Positions 43,864-55,258 of a DNA stretch of 64,000 nt are shown here, one piece after another; position 1 is the stretch's first letter, and the number at the start of each line of letters is the position of its first letter. The notes under the pieces were generated by a model that searched no databases, was not told the origin of the DNA, and saw nothing but the letters and a program-made list of their open reading frames with translations. A program made the translations under genes and the position numbers. The stretch covers positions 2,633,000 to 2,696,999 of the forward strand of contig CM082587.2 in assembly GCA_040954595.2 (NCBI GenBank), read 5' to 3'. The DNA is from Balanoglossus misakiensis (lineage: Eukaryota; Animalia; Hemichordata).

Positions 43864-46800
43864 CTGCAAGGTAGAAAGAAATACAGAGAAAATGGACAAC
43901 GTTCATTAATTAAGATTAAGTGGGTCAGGCACAGGTTACTCATAAGAAACCTCTCGAAATATAAAATCCATCCTCCAATAATCACCAATCAATGATGTGA
44001 ACTACCAATCAATGATCAATCAGTCAATCAATCAAAAGCGTAAAAAACAAGAAATCAAACCGGAGCGATTGTGTGAAATCGACAATATTAATTCAACCGC
44101 GACAACGTGTGAATGGAAAAAAAACCTTAATATCTCCAGTACACACGGGCGATAATATAAAACGACAATGTGTATGTTTTCCTGCGATTGACATAATTTA
44201 ATCAGCTTTTGGTTCAAAATCACCCACTTTATTAGATTTATTAAACGGGTATTCAGGACAATTGGTTTATCCATTATACTCCCGTTATGGAGTCTAATAC
44301 GATTACAATTACGACGGCGGAGGGGGGGGGGGGGGTAGGAACTAGATTCGAACGGCTGCACAGCAAACGAGAGTATGACGCGATGACGAGCGAGGCTGGG
44401 TGAGTAAGCCACGGCACGGCGCGCGCATTACTCTCTGTAGCGGCCTTGTTTTTCGATTGAATAATAGCTCGGAGCGATTTCTCCATTTGGCGAACTAATC
44501 ACTGATGTTGGGGCAATATTTCTGCTGTGTGCGCTTTAGATCTGCTTCAGTGGTTTCTCAGTCGTTCTGGAATGATTGCAAAGTCATCGATTAGGTATCA
44601 CGCCAGGGCTAAACAGGAAAATGGCTGGAAATGGACCAGCACATGGCAAGCAATTATCTGAAGAAACTCGGCGAATTCCTCTTCGCAATTGGCTGGACTC
44701 CGAAAGGGGAGTTATTCCGCGTGAGCTGCGTCGACGTGTATTTCCTCCGAGTCAGTTATTTCACAGATTGGGGGCAGTTTCCATTTGCTATGCGCATTGA
44801 AGGCTCGTTTCCTGTACGCCTTAAACTTTCATAAATCTTCCCTTCGAAAAATTCGCCGACTTCTCCGGCATTCTGCGCTGAAAACGGGGGATTACCACAT
44901 CCCCGCCGATCATGTATCTTTCATCCGTCGTCTCGGCGACCTTGGATGGGCGGTTTTAAAATAAAACCGTACATTTTCCGTCGCAGTTTTGGCAATTACC
45001 GCGCCACGGTGGCATTTTCTTTTGATCCGGTTCAAAATTGCGACCACAGCGATGATGAAAATTTGTGATGTTTTTTGCAAAACACGACGCGGAAAACCTA
45101 GCCGGCCGTCAAAGTAATCTTGCGTTGCCTTACCATTTAAAGATAAATGTGCCCGTTGTTAATTTCACTGCTTAGCATTTGCTGTAATGGACATTACAGT
45201 CATTTTCGCATCAGCTCAGTCAAATGTGAACAATCTAAGGAGAGACTCTGAAAAGCAGGCCAATTTCAATCAGATTATATCCTCAGGTGCCAGCTAATGC
45301 TAAAATAAAGCCAATTCCCTGGTGACTTATTACATTCCTATTACTGCCGTCTTACAACTGTCTTTTTATCGCTATCTTCGGGCTATCTCGGGGGCTTTAT
45401 CCAGGTAATTTATGGTCCTACCAAATTTAGCTAATTTTACTGTTCTCTGAGGGGAAAAACGGGATTCAGTGAAAGGGAGTCGTATGTCGTGTTTGTGATG
45501 GGTTGGATTAGCGTGTCCACAACACCAGCCTACAGCTCGTTATTATGGATTCTTTTTTTTTACAGCTACAAAATAAATTAGGTAATAATTGACTGTCAAT
45601 AGGGTGCAGATTTACAGGTAATGGTCTAATGGCACGTTTTGACAAGACTCTGACGTGGATTGAAATTTGATCGCTGCGCACAACGCCTCGACCGACACAT
45701 TTCAGGGACAAATCCGACAATGATGTACATGTACATACGCGCGCGTTCGACGCTAGCTCTCGCTGTTGTTGAAAAGGACATTTCTGAGGCCGCGCGATCA
45801 AACATCGGATTTAAATAAAAACATCTACAGTAGTGACTCTGAAAATTGGACATTAACAATTAATGGACCCAATCCAAGGTTTATCTCATACACCGATAAA
45901 AGTGTTCTCTATCGGAAGCATGATTCAGTCGTTTGTCTGAATCATTGTAAACATTTAATCACAGTTCAAAGACTTCGACAATTTCCAATGGATGTAGAAT
46001 CACCGGCTTTCAAAACACGACGCCACAGATCCGATAAAATTAAATCCGCGCGCAAGCAAGATTAAACTCAGCAGCCGTGTATAAAACATGTTTTCTCGAT
46101 TAAAGCCCCGATAGCTGACACTTTTTCCACCTGGCAGATATTGAGGCTTTAACTAATGAACAGAAGACCGCATTTCCCGCAAACCAACAATATTACTTGA
46201 TTATACAATCATTATGAACATTACAGAACCTTCACTGCCCTGGAACGTTTTTCTTCGCGTCTTCTTTTTCTCTCGGTAAAGAGAAGACAATTGTCCTAAT
46301 TTAAATCGACGTCAAATTAAGCCGTAACCGTGCTAACAAAGTAATTAAATTTCCATTCAATTAACTCGTTAAGTAGTTATCTCCAGTTGTCTTGTCGGCC
46401 AACTCTGTCCAGTTAATGGCTCCGTGATCATGTCGACAGAAATATAAAGCATTCACTTCGTTCACGATTTTTATGGATTTCGTACGAAAATTGAAGAACA
46501 TTTTTGTTTTGCTAAATACAGTTAAATAAGCGAAGTATTCACGTGTTATAATATAGATAGCGCGAGTTGAATTGTGACAAATGGTATCAAAAGTTGTCCC
46601 CTTTAAAGACAACATAGCAAATTTTCAGTGAATATGACAAAACCGTTGATTTTGATGTTAACGACTTAAATAAAACGGCCTTCAATCAACTACATAAACT
46701 TCTGTCTGGATGATTCTATTGTCTCGCGCAAGTGTCGCGTTAACCGGGTCGGGCTAATTAAACCTCATTACCACGCATTCTCTTTTTATCTGTGACAATC

Positions 46801-47995
46801 GCCACTTAAGGGAAGACGGGAATTCCGGAAAAAACAGTAAAACTAATTTTCATGTAGCGTAGCGTAAATGAATAGCCGATAATGTGCCGCCGCTAGGCGT
46901 ACGGTAAAGTTACATACCGCCCCCCCCCCCCCTCACCAATGGCAAGAGAAGCACTTTGTTCCGTAGAAAAATCCCTGTGTTCTCCTGTCAGTCAGCCGCA
47001 GAATAAAAACTGCCATGAAATTGTTTTTTTTTCACGGGAAAAAATAATTTGAAGGCAACTTTTATTTGCTCGAATCGTGAAACGGAGCACGGACAGTTTT
47101 TTTTTAATGTATCGAATTATTTCAAGGTATGCGCGCATCAATGTTGGGGTCAGTGTGTCGCTACTGTACGACCACCAATCTGCTCCATCATTCCTGTTGT
47201 GCGCGCCCCGCCTCTTGTATTGTTTTAGAGCACAGGGAGGGGGTCGAGCATGGGCCCAGATGCGGTCGGCGCGCAAATAGGGACGTAATTTCCAACATTT
47301 TGTGCTAATTTCGCCGGACAATAACTGAGTTGGAAATAAAGAGAAGCGAAAACGTGGAGAGTGTGTGATCAGATGTCAGGAGCGTGTACTCATTCGCTTG
47401 TTTAGTAATTACCTTTCAATTAACCAACTCGGGCAGAAAATGAAAAAAACACCGACGATTTTTTTTTTGGCTCGTCAAAAGTCGCGTCAAAATAAGCGAA
47501 ATCCCCACAGCACCAAAAAAGCCAGTCTGCGACAATTGCCTCCGTAAATGACCTGAACAAAGTACGCGGTCATTTGAAACGAAAAGTTATTATCGTTTGG
47601 GTACGGGGGAAACAGAATAGCATGGTTTAGGTATTCTTTCTTTGACTCCCGGGGGAGATTTTGGCAAGCTTCAAAATAATTCCGTGGATTTTATTTCATT
47701 TCTGTATCTTTGTTACGGTATCCTCTGCAGTGATTCCGCGCATCTATAGTTGTGGCCACGGTTGGAGTTGAATGACAACTGCCTGTGAATGTCACACCCC
47801 CCTCTCACTCTCCCTCCATCCATCCATCAAAACATAAATGTATGTGAATCTTTCGTCAAGAAACTCATCCCAGATGACAAATCAAAAACAATGTAACACG
47901 CATGTTAGCCGAGCTACACATCTGTAAGCTCAGAATCTAATATTACCATGGTAACACCACCAATTCAGTGGCGCATATGCATGCCAACATGCAAC

Positions 47996-48078
47996 CATAC
48001 ATACATACATACATACATACATACATACATACATACATACATACATACATACATACATACATACATACATACATACAT
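47996..48078. repeat. (CATA)n microsatellite in the last intron of DDX31
   Basis: About 20 perfect CATA units; explains the YIHT/VCMY ORFs. Confidence 0.97.
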
Positions 48079-50460
48079 GTACACACACAAACAAACACAC
48101 ACATCTTAGGGAGCCAAAAACAGATTAAACAATCCAGCCGTCCACACATATGTGAACAAAATGAGACACAGAAGCTAACGACATCACAAACACCCAATTT
48201 TCAATGTAGCAGACAGCCGCTAATCAAATTAAACTTGTCGGATTTGACACACCACTAAATTAGTTTTAGAGGTTAAACCTATTTTCCTCTCTCATCATTC
48301 AAATTTTTCAAATTTAATTTGAAGTGATTTGTGAATGGGTCGGCTCAATTCACCACTAATCCACTCAAACACTTAATTTCTAGCGTCACAAATACAGTTA
48401 TTTGTACATTATTAAATTTAATAAATATCTTTATCTTTTGCATAGAAACTGTGACTACTCTGTCACTTTCCATATTTTCCGCTTCCCCAGCTCTTACCAG
48501 GCTGATCAATTTCTTTCTCGTATATTATTGAGTATTTCCATGCAAATACCAGGTGGGCCACCTCGCACTAATTTTCCAATCAATACACTGCATGTTATTA
48601 TGGTATTTCTACAGTGTCGGCACCTCAATATAAGCTAATAATAAAGTGATTATGTTATAACGAGAAACGCACAGATTATTAGCGCAAAACATCACTTGTT
48701 TTCTCAACAAAGGACACACGTGTATACAACGGAAAAACAGTCCCTGAAACATGACTGGTTTCCATGACAACATTGGTATGGGCCAACATCCCTGTAATCA
48801 AAATTTGAACGTTTTTCCATACTGATGTCGACCACATCCTTAAAAAGAAATAAACAGGGAGGGGAGGGGGGGGGGGGAATTTTCATGGAATGTAATGACA
48901 GTTAAAAGTATACATTTACAGTCATGATATATAATATTTTTAAAAAAACATCTGTACATGGAATCTGCACATCACGTCACAAAATCTCTCAATGATTTCT
49001 TGTCGTTTTTTTAACACACTGCATGATCGCCAAAGCATTTTATTACATTGAGTCCTTAACATGGAGAGAAAATAAACCATTCACTGATGACAGAAAAGAC
49101 CCTTTCTCTGCATTCTAAGCTCACAATGACTTCAATTCTACAGGGACCTGCCAACCCCTGCGACCCTGTAATCGAACTGATAATGACAAAAGCTCGGGAC
49201 TTTACGCCGCAAATTAATCCAAATAACTTCCTTTCGCAACAATATGATTAAGAGCGCCTGTGAAATTAACAAAGTGAAATAAACTGCTCAAGTTAATTAA
49301 CGCCTGTCAAGACTGCATACCTTAAGGAGATGTCTTCGCATTTGGTGATAAATATGCTAATATTGGAGATGAGTGGATGGACGCTGTGAAATGTCACAGA
49401 ATCGTTCTCCTATTATGATATCACACGGATTAATTATGCGGCTACCGGGCTGTTCATTTGTACGTGCATACAAACAAGTTCCTTAGGTCAACGGAATATT
49501 CATCAGGTGATGTGTACATTAACTTGCATGCATTTTAGTCGGCGTTGATTATTTTGCCACACATTCATTAACTTGCCAATTTTCCACATCCTAAAATCTA
49601 AATAGAACTGTCAGTTTCACTTCCTTACAATCTTCTCCACAGATTTACCACATACTCATTTTTCTGTATGATTTGAATACCCTAAATTGAAAAAATCTGA
49701 AATTTTCTTTTACTTGGGGATGTTCGCTTTCTTTGAGGTTCGATTGCATAATCTCTGCATCCAAAATGTGTTGTACAGGGAACTACAACAGCTGATCTCT
49801 CTGGCAGCTGCAGCCAAGATCATCTTCTATCACCAAAACTTGAAATCCTGTGTTTGCTATACTCACCTACCATATCATCAGTGAAGTCAAATTTCACCAG
49901 AAAACCGAGTATTTGATTTGTGAAATCCTTCAAAAACCTACACAAACGTCGTAACAAGCCAGATAATTTAATCAATCTGGCCCTAGGCATGTTCATATAT
50001 ATTTTATTGTATTACATGTAATTAAAGTGTATATGGCTTAGGGGAGGTATATAGACCAAGGATGACATTGAATGGTTTAATAATTGATGATGAGGGGCCA
50101 TCCCACTTTGCTGTACGTACTTTGCATGTAAATTGGTTTGCTTTGTGTCAAGTTCACATGTAATCAAATTTGCCAGTGGTCACACCAAAACCAGACAGAC
50201 TCACAGCAATCAACTGCATTATTTACGAGACAGCTGCTGTTATACACCAGACCCTGTGCTAAACTTCACACAGCGCCCCTTGTGGTTACTGTCAGGGTTT
50301 ACTGTTTTGGGGGGGGCTATGCGAAATCTAGATGGCGCTAATCATTTCAATACCAGGGACATTTACTGCCAACTCAGTCTGTCACGACTGGCTGAATCAG
50401 AACAACAAACAAAAGCACAGATAAACATTCAATATGCCCACTTGAGGGCGGCAGACTCAC

Positions 50461-50650
50461 CTTTTCCGGTCGCTGACCTTCCTCGCTTGTTCTTTCTTGT
50501 GCATCTTGGAAAACATGTGTCCAGCCGAGGTTGGTGTCTCCTTCAGTGCAAAACTCTTCGCCAAGTGGCCGAGGTGCAGCAGTTTGATGTGAAAGATGTG
50601 CTTGAAGGCAGCTGGGTAGGTGGCATAGGCTCTGATGAATGACAGATACG
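50461..50650 (-). CDS. DDX31: DDX31 exon 14 (C-terminal extension domain)
   Basis: [40 protein letters not shown], typical of the Dbp7/DDX31 C-terminal extension; ttgcag acceptor, AG|gtgagt donor. Confidence 0.93.
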
Positions 50651-51048
50651 CTGCAAGTAAAGACAGATGCAGAAAATTAATGTTGATTGCCAAAGGAAAC
50701 CAGAGACTATAAACAAGTTATCCCACAAAACAGTCAGTGAAGAAAATGTAACTTTACATGTTCTGTCACTGATCCCTGTGCTCTTTTGTCTGGCATCCAT
50801 CCTTTAGCTTTTTTTGACTGGAGGTCGATATGTTGAAATTACCATTAAAGAACACTGAATGCAAATAACAGTGGTTGCGATGGATTGTGATTGCCGATTC
50901 CCTTCTGGGAAACACATGTACTAAATGATGTATGCTTGACATCATCGGGAAAATAATGGGTGGGCTCCTAAAGTATATCTCTTTAAATTCTGAGAACTGT
51001 ACTTCATCGATGAGATTCATCCAAGACTGCAAAACAGTGTAAACGTAC

Positions 51049-51233
51049 CTTTTCTTGCCTGTTCAGAGTGGTTCCTGTCGTTGGCTACGAAGTTTTCAAA
51101 TTTGGCCTGTAAGGCTGTGGCACACTCCTCCACACTCTGCGGTGTCACCCGTAACCTCTTTGGACGACTTTGGTCTTCATTTGAGTGAAGCAGCAATGTC
51201 TTCAAGATCTTCTGCATGTCCATTTCATTCAAA
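51049..51233 (-). CDS. DDX31: DDX31 exon 13
   Basis: SLNEMDMQKIL...ATALQAKFENFV...QARK; phases 2/1 fit both neighbouring exons. Confidence 0.88.
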
Positions 51234-51386
51234 CTGTTCAATCAAGGGGAAAAAATCTCTAAGTTGGACCAGATCTAAAAAACACATCTGTAATGATGTC
51301 AACAGCTTTTCTACTGCAAACCTAAGCATTTCATGTTGCTGTCTAACACGCATACACATAAAATTTTGTGATGACAAACATCTCAC

Positions 51387-51577
51387 CTCAGCTTTTGTGA
51401 GTTTAAAATCTTGACATACTCCACTTCTGACGGGGCCAGAAACAGGAGAGCTTGCCCCTCCTTGCCGATTCTGGCTGTTCTCCCTACTCTGTGAATGTAC
51501 TCTGCCGATGTCCCCGGTGTGTTGTACTGGACGATCCACTTCACTCCGGGGAGGTCCAAGCCTCTTGCAGCGACATC
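51387..51577 (-). CDS. DDX31: DDX31 exon 12 (helicase motifs V and VI)
   Basis: DVAARGLD (motif V) and HRVGRTAR (motif VI); canonical splice sites. Confidence 0.96.
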
Positions 51578-51716
51578 CTGACAGAATGGCACATAGAAAT
51601 ACACTTAGCGGATTTGAAATACAGCCTCATCAATACTTTCTTTCCCTTGTATGATTACTATCCTTGACCTCTCAAAATGCCAACTCAGATTCAAAAGTAA
51701 AGTTAAGTAAACTTAC

Positions 51717-51776
51717 TGTACAAAGTAAAACACCTGTTGAAGACGCCACAAAAGAGTGGTAGACTCTTGTCCTTTC
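51717..51776 (-). CDS. DDX31: DDX31 exon 11
   Basis: ERTRVYHSFVASSTGVLLCT, 60 nt, phase 0/0; joins to give [12 protein letters not shown]. Confidence 0.92.
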
Positions 51777-51980
51777 CTACAGAAATAAAATAGAAATGAG
51801 AGCGTTAGTCGTGCTGAAAGAATGTTACAATCCTCTGAGATGCCCTCTGTTCATTAAAAGACTGCAGAATATTATTAAGAGCAGCCAATTTTAAACAGAA
51901 CAAACAGAATTATCCAGCACATAGGAGTCAAACATTTAGAGCCAGTCTGGCACACGTATACATATCTGATGTGTACATAC

Positions 51981-52133
51981 GTCTTGCGACATGTTGCCAT
52001 GGAGTTGGAAGAAATCAATATCCTCATCATCCTCGTCGTCTTCAGAATTGATGATGCTCTGGAAGAGACTGTGATGAAATTCCACGGAATCTCGGCTCGA
52101 TAAGAACACCAGCATCTTGGAATGACCTGCATA
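51981..52133 (-). CDS. DDX31: DDX31 exon 10 (motif IV, LHGNM)
   Basis: YAGHSKMLVFLSSRDSVEFH...FFQLHGNMSQD; 153 nt, phase 0/0. Confidence 0.93.
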
Positions 52134-52358
52134 CTGTACAAAAAGCAATCAAACATCTTATTTTCCAGGTTTTTTAAGGGTAATTGTATTTTGAACTATA
52201 TAACATACTGTTGTGAATAACTACAGTCAACAGATGATTGATCTCCCTATGTGAATAAAATGACCAAAGCCTGCATGCTTTTTAATTGGGTGTTCATCTA
52301 CTCGATTGGTCCCTTATCTAGTCAGCTGACATGATGTTGATAAACACCCAGTACTAAC

Positions 52359-52603
52359 CTTACACTGCCACAGAATGAAGGCTGCTAGAGTCACGAGCCT
52401 CAATTTGCTGGGAACGATTAAGAAATGTTGTTTCAGCTGCTCGGGGGTGCAGAAGTCATCCTCTGGGATTTCTTCCGATCTCTGCGTCTTTCCGTCAGGA
52501 TTCAAACGATCATCCAGTTTTCTCTTACTGCCTTCCTGCTGTGCATGTGTGACATTGATGTGAACTGGGTTGTCCATGGAAATGCCAGCTAAATTTTTCA
52601 CCC
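52359..52603 (-). CDS. DDX31: DDX31 exon 9
   Basis: GVKNLAGISMDNPV...PEQLKQHFLIVPSKLRLVTLAAFILWQCK; VPSKLRLVTLAAF is characteristic of Dbp7/DDX31. Confidence 0.93.
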
Positions 52604-52699
52604 CTGACGCGAGAGAGAAAGAGAAACGAAGGGTGTTCAACTGAGACCCGGTCACAAATACAGCCATCAGGAAAGACACATCAGTTGCACCAGACTCAC

Positions 52700-52806
52700 C
52701 TTCTGTAAGTGTCGCAGACAGCAACACAGTCTGTCTTGTTTCCGTCTGTTCATTCAAAGCATTTAAGACGGCAGTCACATCCCTCTCCATGCCAAGATCT
52801 AGAAGT
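52700..52806 (-). CDS. DDX31: DDX31 exon 8 (motif III, SAT)
   Basis: RLLDLGMERDV...RQTVLLSATLTE; phases 2/1. Confidence 0.94.
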
Positions 52807-52973
52807 CTTAAAAAAACAAAAAAGTACATCTACATTACTTCACAGCCACCACATGGATATTCAATGAGAATGAATCAACTGGAATACATTGAGAAATTCA
52901 ATTACAATAGAATGTCAACTGCACAGGAGTAGGAAGTCTGTACATTGTAATGTTAGAAAATCTATTTGTTTAC

Positions 52974-53158
52974 CTGTCAGCCTCATCCAACACTAACCAC
53001 TTCACTTTGCCAAGTTTCATGGTTTCCGTGTTTTTCAGGTGGTCTACCAGTCGTCCCGGCGTTGAAATCAAAACATTGATCCCCTTCCGTATCCTGGCCT
53101 TCTCCGATTTGCGCTTCTCGCCTCCGATCATGTACCCCGGCACGATCCATTGGAAAGG
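52974..53158 (-). CDS. DDX31: DDX31 exon 7 (GG, motif Ib, DEAD box)
   Basis: [41 protein letters not shown]...LVLDEAD; [14 protein letters not shown] is diagnostic of Dbp7/DDX31. Confidence 0.97.
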
Positions 53159-53316
53159 CTGCGTGAAAATGCCACGGGTCAATATCACTGAGTTGCAGTA
53201 TTTGAAATAAACACCATGGAAACCAATGTACAAAATGGTGGATTAATTAAACCCACAGAAAACAAATGATCGAAAAAAGGCAAAATCATGACAACATAAT
53301 ATAAGTTTTCATCTAC

Positions 53317-53358
53317 CTTCAATAATTTGCGTATCACTTCATAGCTCTGCAGGGCTAG
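53317..53358 (-). CDS. DDX31: DDX31 exon 6
   Basis: LALQSYEVIRKLLK, 42 nt; completes motif Ia PTRELA. Confidence 0.9.
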
Positions 53359-53530
53359 CTGAAAATGGAAAGATATGATCATGACAACAGTTGAAAAGGA
53401 TTGTTTTGCACTAGTATCCTCTGAATCATTTTGCTGGAGGAATCAATCAGGCAGACAACTCGACTACATTTGTAAGTGAAGACTGAAAAACTAAACATGT
53501 TTCAAGAGACTTGCAATACTATGTACTGAC

Positions 53531-53640
53531 CTCTCTGGTAGGCAGCAGGACTAAAGCATATGATCCGTCTGATCTCTGTACTTTAGGTTCTGTCGACTGC
53601 AACGATTCTGCCATTGGCACAGCATATGCGAGAGTTTTAC
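53531..53640 (-). CDS. DDX31: DDX31 exon 5 (motifs I and Ia)
   Basis: GKTLAYAVP...[15 protein letters not shown]; absent from the ORF track and translated by hand; phases 1/0. Confidence 0.94.
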
Positions 53641-53800
53641 CTGTAAGGATAAAATATTAAGGTGAGATGTATGTCTTGAGGCCAAGGTGACCTTCAAACA
53701 ATCACAGAAGGCATTTACTTTACCATGGCAACAGAGAGGCTGCCATGGTGACTTGTGTTGTCATGTTCAAATTGATATATTAATTTAATTACAGACTCAC

Positions 53801-53915
53801 CTGTACCCGTCTGAGATTTAATAAGAGCATCTTGTCCTTCTAACAGGGATGGTATTGATAGTTTCTGTACACTGGTCATTTTGGAAATTTCAAAATTACT
53901 CTCAAGACTTGAAAT
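53801..53915 (-). CDS. DDX31: DDX31 exon 4 (Q motif, start of motif I)
   Basis: ISSLESNFEISKMTSVQKLSIPSLLEGQDALIKSQTGT; splices to form QTGTGKT. Confidence 0.94.
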
Positions 53916-54048
53916 CTGCAGGGAAAAAAGACATGATTTAATGAACAAATTAACAATAAACAACAGGCATTTTTTCACAAAGGGCAGACATACAGAATAC
54001 CATGGTTATATATTCAACAATAAAATCATGCGTGTACCATTAACTTAC

Positions 54049-54124
54049 CAAATGTGGGTGTACATTCAAGTCTGAGAAGTTCTCAGAGGAAAATACTGGT
54101 TCTGTCTTTTGCTTAACCTGGCCA
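54049..54124 (-). CDS. DDX31: DDX31 exon 3
   Basis: SGQVKQKTEPVFSSENFSDLNVHPHL; phases 2/0, gtaagt donor. Confidence 0.88.
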
Positions 54125-54445
54125 CTGGGTGAAAATTGTAGAAGAAACAAAAAATGTAAGTTGTGGTTGTTGTAACATACCATGTGTATGCATGAGACAA
54201 ATGTGCAAAATGATACAAAAGGATTAGAACATTTTGCCTGAATGCCTACGCAGTTGGACACACAAGATAATTATTTATTTAAATAGTAAAGCAAATGCCA
54301 CAGTGTATTTCATCCAAGGATCCCACAGTAGGTAGGGCGTCGATTCAATCAGAAATTCCCAGGGAGAACACTGCAGTCTATCGTGATAAATGCATGGCCA
54401 CCATTCTAAACTCGCCACAGAAAACCCTTAATATTAATGAATCAC

Positions 54446-54708
54446 CTTTTCACATCTGGAATTTCCGGGTTATGTCTGAAAAGCGACGATGTCTTATTTG
54501 ACATGACTCCTGGAGATTTCCACAATGGCGGTCTTGTCTCCTTTTTGCTTGTCACATCTTTTTCCGTGGCAGCATCATGACCTTTCACCTCGGGGGTCAT
54601 TTCTGTTTTCTCGTGTTCAGGCACTCTCGTGTGTGTGGCATTCCTTCTTTCGAATCTCGCAACTCTCTTCTCAATCTTCTTTTGTTTTTTCTTCTCCTTC
54701 AGCCTGGT
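54446..54708 (-). CDS. DDX31: DDX31 exon 2
   Basis: TRLKEKKKQKKIEKR...TSSLFRHNPEIPDVK; SSLF..NPEIP resembles the conserved DDX31 N-terminal motif; phases 0/2. Confidence 0.85.
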
Positions 54709-54796
54709 CTGAAAGGTGGAAAACAAGCACGTTAAAAACTGGCGGTTGAGTGGAGCAGTGTGTAGAATATTGGAGGTGCAAGTTCTGTACCTCGTT

Positions 54797-54877
54797 TAGT
54801 CTCGGTTACCCAGACGCCTTTGCTTCTTCCGATGGAGAGCATCGGTAGAAGCAAAGGCGTCTGGGTAACCGAGACTA
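54797..54877. mobile_element. 81-bp palindromic MITE (TAG...CTA termini) with 9-bp target-site duplication, in DDX31 intron 1
   Basis: 38-bp arms at 54797-54834 and 54840-54877 are reverse complements with 1 mismatch around a 5-nt loop; flanked by tacctcgtt at 54788-54796 and 54878-54886. Confidence 0.92.
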
Positions 54878-55162
54878 TACCTCGTTGAGCCATGGTCTCC
54901 CCACACACGTGGCTAATAATACCACGACCCAGCAAGCATCCTTAGTCAAGCACGCTAGTAATAGAACCTTAACGAATTCCACGTGAGGAAAGTGGTAGAA
55001 CAGTTGTCTGGAACAATAGCGAATTGAGGTGTGGGTCCACAACTTACCAAGTTTTCGGTCGTTGCAAAATACTAGTACGTTCGCCGTTCGAGACCTTGCG
55101 CCCTGTTACGCAATATCAATATCATCATGAACGACAGGCCCGACTAATTAACTTATGCTCAC

Positions 55163-55258
55163 CCTTCCATCTTTTTTGCGGTGTGTCCCGTATTCCATGC
55201 CACTTCCATCACCTGTGAACATATTAAGAATGATACCGCCTTCATCATTCTCCCCCAT
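55163..55258 (-). CDS. DDX31: DDX31 exon 1 (probable start)
   Basis: MGENDEGGIILNMFTGDG...KKDGR|gtgagc; the acidic-then-LN start resembles Dbp7-family N-termini; phase 0 fits exon 2. Total spliced CDS 2172 nt, 723 aa. Confidence 0.75.

Noticed and set aside
43714-43995. Hydrophobic 93-aa plus-strand ORF resembling a membrane protein
   Set aside because: Antisense of the Lys-rich DDX31 terminal exon.
47943-48258. ORFs with YIHT/VCMY repeats
   Set aside because: Translations of the (CATA)n microsatellite.
50382-50391. Nearby acceptor giving a short DDX31 ending (SQS*), and other candidates at 49.6-49.9 kb
   Set aside because: They lack the SEFSSG motif and basic tail found at 43710-43863; minor isoforms cannot be excluded.
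55048-55102. Possible extra 55-nt DDX31 exon between exons 1 and 2
   Set aside because: It has AG and gtaagt boundaries, but inclusion shifts the frame relative to the best exon 2 acceptor.
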